DNA from: Gemmatimonadota bacterium
GTDB taxonomy: Bacteria > Gemmatimonadota > Gemmatimonadetes > Gemmatimonadales > GWC2-71-9
Reading direction: 5' to 3'
DNA: 64,000 bases
NCBI GenBank assembly: GCA_039586365.1
Contig: JBDHKN010000006.1
Coordinates: 1-64,000 of the forward strand
Positions 60,013 to 64,000 of the stretch are shown here, in pieces. The number at the start of each line of letters is the position of its first letter. Within the stretch, counting starts at the first letter, position 1. A program made the position numbers and the translations under genes. Under the pieces are notes generated by a model that saw only the letters and a program-made list of their open reading frames with translations, was not told where the DNA came from and did no database searches.

Positions 60013-61083
60013 GTGTCCGACTCTACTGAACAGCCTATGCCTACTATCGCGAGCACACCTGCCACAACAGGGCAGGTGCTCATAGATCCGGGAACAGCGG
60101 AAGGTCCTCAGCGGTTGCGCGTACTTCCTGCGGTGATCCGCCTAGCGGTGTTGCTCTTTGTCATCATGTTGCTCAACCCGACGGAGGTGCACGCGTGCCA
60201 GGAAGCAGCAGTGGCGGCCGACACCAGTATGACCTCATGGTGGGTGTGGCCGCTTGTTCTCTTCCTAATCACGTTTGTCATGGGGATCCTGGCTGCTCTA
60301 GGTGGTGTTGGAGGGGGAGTGCTCTTCGTGCCAATTGTCAGCGGTTTCTTCCCATTTCACCTCGACTTCGTTCGCGGCTGCGGACTGTTAGTGGCGCTGA
60401 GCGGTGCACTTGCCGCGGGTCCGGGTTTCTTGAAGATGAACTTGGCCAGTCTGCGCTTGGCCATGCCTGTGGCGTTGATTGCATCCACTTGTGCCATTAT
60501 CGGCGCCATGATCGGGCTCGCGCTCCCGACGAACGTTGTGCAGACGGCGCTAGGTGCCACCATCCTGGGGATAGTCGCCCTAATGATGGCAGCGAAGAAG
60601 TCAGAGTTCCCCGAAGTCGCCGAAGCGGACCGCCTCTCTTCAGCGCTCAAGATCTATGGTGTGTATACTGAGGCCAGTCTGGGCCGGGCGATAGACTGGA
60701 AAGTGCACCGGACGGTATACGGTCTACTTCTATTCATCATCATCGGTGTCATGGCAGGCATGTTTGGGCTCGGCGCGGGTTGGGCCAACGTTCCGGTTCT
60801 GAACCTGGTTATGGGTGCCCCGCTCAAGATCAGCGTGGCCACCAGCAAGTTTCTCCTCTCCATAACGGATACGTCGGCGGCTTGGATCTATGTTAACAAT
60901 GGTGCTGTGATCCCGATGATGGTTGTCCCCTCGCTGGTCGGCATCATGCTGGGCTCTTTCATCGGCGTGCGAATTTTGCGGGTCGCCAAGCCGGCGTTTG
61001 TTCGCAAGATGGTGATCGGACTGTTGCTTTTCGCCGGTGCCAAAGCGATCACCAAAGGACTAGACCTCCCGTTCATCGTCTAG
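60013..61083 (+). CDS. TauE/SafE (TSUP) family sulfur-compound transporter
   Basis: GGVGGGVLFVP, GMFGLGAGWANVP, multiple TMs; start uncertain. Confidence 0.88.
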   Translation: MSDSTEQPMPTIASTPATTGQVLIDPGTAEGPQRLRVLPAVIRLAVLLFVIMLLNPTEVHACQEAAVAADTSMTSWWVWPLVLFLITFVMGILAALGGVGGGVLFVPIVSGFFPFHLDFVRGCGLLVALSGALAAGPGFLKMNLASLRLAMPVALIASTCAIIGAMIGLALPTNVVQTALGATILGIVALMMAAKKSEFPEVAEADRLSSALKIYGVYTEASLGRAIDWKVHRTVYGLLLFIIIGVMAGMFGLGAGWANVPVLNLVMGAPLKISVATSKFLLSITDTSAAWIYVNNGAVIPMMVVPSLVGIMLGSFIGVRILRVAKPAFVRKMVIGLLLFAGAKAITKGLDLPFIV

Positions 61084-61102
61084 CAGAACATGAGGCATCG
61101 CA

Positions 61103-61549
61103 ATGTCTGAGGACGCAATAGAGTCGAGACCCAACGAAGAACAGTTGCTGTACGCCAAGATCCTGGAGATTGGCATGTTCGTTGGGCTGGGGCTTCTGCT
61201 CGTAACGTTCTTCCTCTATGTCTCTGGCATAGTCGCGCCGGCGGTGCCGGTTGAGGAATTGCCCAAGTATTGGGAAATGAGCGTCCACGATTATTTGGAA
61301 GCCACAAACCACGACTATGTACACCGGGAACACGCCATCACGGGTTGGTCTTGGCTCTCTGTACTTGGAAAGGGAGACTACCTCAATTTTCTGGGGATCG
61401 CCCTACTATCTGGAGTGACGGTCGTCTGCTATTTGGGGATTGTGCCGACGCTAATCAAGAAGAGGGATCTTGTCTTCGCTGCCATCTCCTTGATGGAAGT
61501 CGTGATCCTGACGCTCGCGGCGAGCGGCATCCTCAGTGTCGGGCACTAG
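61103..61549 (+). CDS. DUF1634-like membrane protein
   Basis: Three hydrophobic helices, directly after TauE gene, TLAASGI C-terminus. Confidence 0.7.
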   Translation: MSEDAIESRPNEEQLLYAKILEIGMFVGLGLLLVTFFLYVSGIVAPAVPVEELPKYWEMSVHDYLEATNHDYVHREHAITGWSWLSVLGKGDYLNFLGIALLSGVTVVCYLGIVPTLIKKRDLVFAAISLMEVVILTLAASGILSVGH

Positions 61550-61598
61550 CACTTGGGTTTCTGAAGGCGGCAGTGTGACTACTGATTCTAGCGGAACC

Positions 61599-62072
61599 AT
61601 GCGGTTCCTTCCGATAGGACTTGACGTCCGTGGCAGGGTTTGCCTGGTTGTTGGCGGTGGGAGTGTAGGGACTCGCAAGGCAGTGACACTTGCTCAGGCG
61701 GGTGCAGCCGTAACGGTAGTCTCGCCTGTCGTCACTGCTGAACTTGCCGAGCAGATACGCGCTGGCCGCATCAATTGGGTGGAGGGAAAGTTCCGAGACG
61801 GGCATCTGTCTGGTGTCTTCCTCGCGGTTGCTGCTACGGATGACGATGCCTTGAATGCCATAGTCGTCAGGGTCGCGGGGGAGCGTGGTGCCCTGGTCTG
61901 CGATGCCTCGTCAGCCGAGCGCTCTCAAGTGATCTTCGGCGCTGTGCTGGAGAGTGATGAAGCCACCGTTGCCGTCTTCACGGATGGCCGAAATCCAGCA
62001 CAGGCTAGGCGGACACGCGACCAGATTGCAGGTTTCATTGCCGCGGAACGCAAGGTTGGGCCTCAGTCCTGA
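61599..62072 (+). CDS. Precorrin-2 dehydrogenase-like (SirC/CysG-B domain)
   Basis: FLPIGLDVRGRVCLVVGGGSVGTRK, VVSP, AATDDDALN. Confidence 0.85.
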   Translation: MRFLPIGLDVRGRVCLVVGGGSVGTRKAVTLAQAGAAVTVVSPVVTAELAEQIRAGRINWVEGKFRDGHLSGVFLAVAATDDDALNAIVVRVAGERGALVCDASSAERSQVIFGAVLESDEATVAVFTDGRNPAQARRTRDQIAGFIAAERKVGPQS

Positions 62073-62258
62073 TTTGCCTGTGTCGACGAACTTGATCGGA
62101 TTGGAGAGAGGAGCGGTGAGCAAGACGCTGGATTAGATTCAAGACGCAGTCCCCCTGCAGGCAATCTCGCTCGGATGTCTTAGACACTCCACCGAAACAT
62201 CTTGCCATGAGAAGGCTGTGAGCGAGGTGCCTGTAGTGAATTTGTCGCAGAGTGAGCC

Positions 62259-64000
62259 ATGTCCACGTTCACCACAGACAGCTCGGCAACATCACCCATG
62301 CACCAGGGGCGTAGCTCGCTAGTGCCGGGGCGGCGGGGAGTGTTGTTGCTCAATCTGGGAATGCCTGGCCGAAGTGACCCTTCTTCCGTGCGCCAGTTCC
62401 TCTTGCAGTTTCTTGACGATCCTCTCGTCATCGGCTCGCTCCCGGAACTCAGGTGGCTCCGACGGGGTCTGCGCAGTTGGATGCTCCGCTTGCGGGCAGC
62501 GCGCCTGGTGGATTCCTGCCGCACATACAGGGAGGATAGCGGGTCTCAGCCGAACATCATTGCGGAACAGGCTGCTGCGCTGGGTGCTGTTCTTCCAGAG
62601 CACTGGCGGGTATTCACGGGTACACGCTATGGGGAACCATCGATCTCTGCAGTGCTGAAGCAGATGCAGGACGAGGGTATCGAGCGAATCGTGGCAGTAC
62701 CGCTGTATCCGCAATTCGACCAGGCGACCACAGGCACGATCATGCGCGAACTGTACCGTGTCGTGGGTGAAACGGCACGAAGTATGAGCCTTGCCACTCG
62801 TGCTGCGTGGCACGACGACAGCGGCTACGTGAGTGCCCAAGCGAGATTGATTGCGGAATGGGCACAGTCCCATGATCTGTGGCCGGATGACTCGCACTTG
62901 CTCTTCACGGCCTACGGTCCACCCGGTTCCGGCGTGCAGCGCGAAGATACGTACGCGCCACAGATGAGGAGAACGGTCGATCTGGTGGCTCAACGGTTAG
63001 GCTGGTCTGCGGATCTAGTGTCATTAGCCTTCCAGGGACGGTTCGGTATGGAGCCGGGCCCCGCATGTAGGCCCATCGCCGGCGACGAGCTGGAGCGACT
63101 TGCTCGTTTGGGTGTCAAGAAGGTGCTCGTCTGCCACCTCACCTTTGCCGAGCAGGGTGTGGGTGCCGTGCGGCAGATAGATGGGCAGTCCCAGAAGTTG
63201 TTCGCAGCAAGCGGAGGTCGTCTCCACAATTGCCCGACTCTCTACACACAGAGACCGTTTATCTCCGCGTTGCGAAGCTTGGTAATAGGAGGTCCTAGGC
63301 CGGCTTCGGGCCGAGGGGCTAAACCTCTTCTGGTGCCCAGACTCGACACGGGTCTGACGGACGACGATCCGAAGGCTCTGGTGATGATCGGGACGTCGCT
63401 GGCAAGGCGGCTGCGGTCCGGGCGCGGTCCGCATCTGAAGCACAACCACCCTGGCGTGTTCGCCAAGGTACGCAAGTCACGGAAGACCTTGCTGGGATTC
63501 CTGGATTGGGTCCGTGAGGAGGGGATTGTCAAGGAGGCGTTCGTCTGGAACACGTGCCAGCGGCTCGAGTTCTACGGATGGCTCGCGGATCCGGATGACT
63601 CCGTCGACCGCGAGTGGGTCGTCGCGACAGTGCGGAGCAGACTGTTCGAGACCGAACCAGAAGACCTCCATGTCAACGTGTTGTTTGGCGTCAACGCCTG
63701 GCATCACCTAATGCGCACAGCGTCTGGATTGAATAGCGCGCTGCCAGGGGACACGGACGTGGTGGCACAACTGCAAACGTCCTGCCAGATAGCCGAACGT
63801 GCGAGGGTTGCGGGCCCAATCGCAGCTCGACTGGTAAGGAGCGCAGTGGAGCTGACCCACAAAGTACGCGCTGAAACTGCGTGGGGCCAGTTCAGCTCTG
63901 GGTACTGCCTCGCTGCTCTGTCCCACGTTCGTGCAGTGAGCGGCGTCGATCTAGACGCGTGTCGCCACCTCGTCATTGGTGGCTCAGCCACGTCACGTTC
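62259..64000 (+). CDS. Fusion of degenerate ferrochelatase-like domain and glutamyl-tRNA reductase-like domain (partial)
   Basis: One stop-free frame from ATG 62259 to window end: GVLLLNLGMP, RYGEPSI, VPLYPQF, LLFTAYG, FQGRFG, then NTCQRLEFY and HHLMRTASGLNS. Confidence 0.85.
   Translation, partial: MSTFTTDSSATSPMHQGRSSLVPGRRGVLLLNLGMPGRSDPSSVRQFLLQFLDDPLVIGSLPELRWLRRGLRSWMLRLRAARLVDSCRTYREDSGSQPNIIAEQAAALGAVLPEHWRVFTGTRYGEPSISAVLKQMQDEGIERIVAVPLYPQFDQATTGTIMRELYRVVGETARSMSLATRAAWHDDSGYVSAQARLIAEWAQSHDLWPDDSHLLFTAYGPPGSGVQREDTYAPQMRRTVDLVAQRLGWSADLVSLAFQGRFGMEPGPACRPIAGDELERLARLGVKKVLVCHLTFAEQGVGAVRQIDGQSQKLFAASGGRLHNCPTLYTQRPFISALRSLVIGGPRPASGRGAKPLLVPRLDTGLTDDDPKALVMIGTSLARRLRSGRGPHLKHNHPGVFAKVRKSRKTLLGFLDWVREEGIVKEAFVWNTCQRLEFYGWLADPDDSVDREWVVATVRSRLFETEPEDLHVNVLFGVNAWHHLMRTASGLNSALPGDTDVVAQLQTSCQIAERARVAGPIAARLVRSAVELTHKVRAETAWGQFSSGYCLAALSHVRAVSGVDLDACRHLVIGGSATSR

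Noticed and set aside
63284..63300. AGGAGG as RBS for a separate hemA gene
   Set aside because: No in-frame start at suitable spacing and no upstream stop; the frame is continuous

Overview
Bacterial chromosome segment, inferred from protein style and gene context (not a database search) to be from a Gemmatimonadota-like organism. 1-11.8 kb: 3' end of tuf and the S10/spc ribosomal protein operon through secY and map; adk and the alpha operon are absent from their usual positions. 11.9-31.5 kb: housekeeping and accessory genes (suhB-like, trpS, 2-hydroxyacid dehydrogenase, degenerate PilT-like ATPase, DapA-family aldolase, M28 peptidase, purA, Wzc-like kinase, TonB-plug surface protein, M14 peptidase, glyQS, NSS transporter with small subunit) plus decayed gene remnants. 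31.9 kb to window end: a compact dissimilatory sulfate-reduction cluster, hemL-hemC/hemB, rex, aprBA, Zn-ribbon and YkgJ genes, qmoABC, sat, dsrC-T-MKJOP-AB-D-L-N, two cytidylate-kinase-like paralogs, TauE + DUF1634, sirC-like, and an ORF running off the end. Most notable: (i) that terminal ORF, absent from the ORF track, fuses an apparently inactive ferrochelatase domain to a glutamyl-tRNA reductase (HemA) domain; (ii) seven co-oriented GTGA-N8-TC(A/G)(C/T) operator-like sites, with an identically spaced promoter module in front of both rex and aprBA; (iii) qmoC has an internal deletion and frameshift removing its first ferredoxin motif; (iv) dsrD and a YRR-type dsrL co-occur without dsrEFH; (v) long hairpins follow aprA, dsrC and dsrD. 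No rRNA, tRNA, CRISPR or transposase was recognised. Start codons were adjusted by eye and are approximate.
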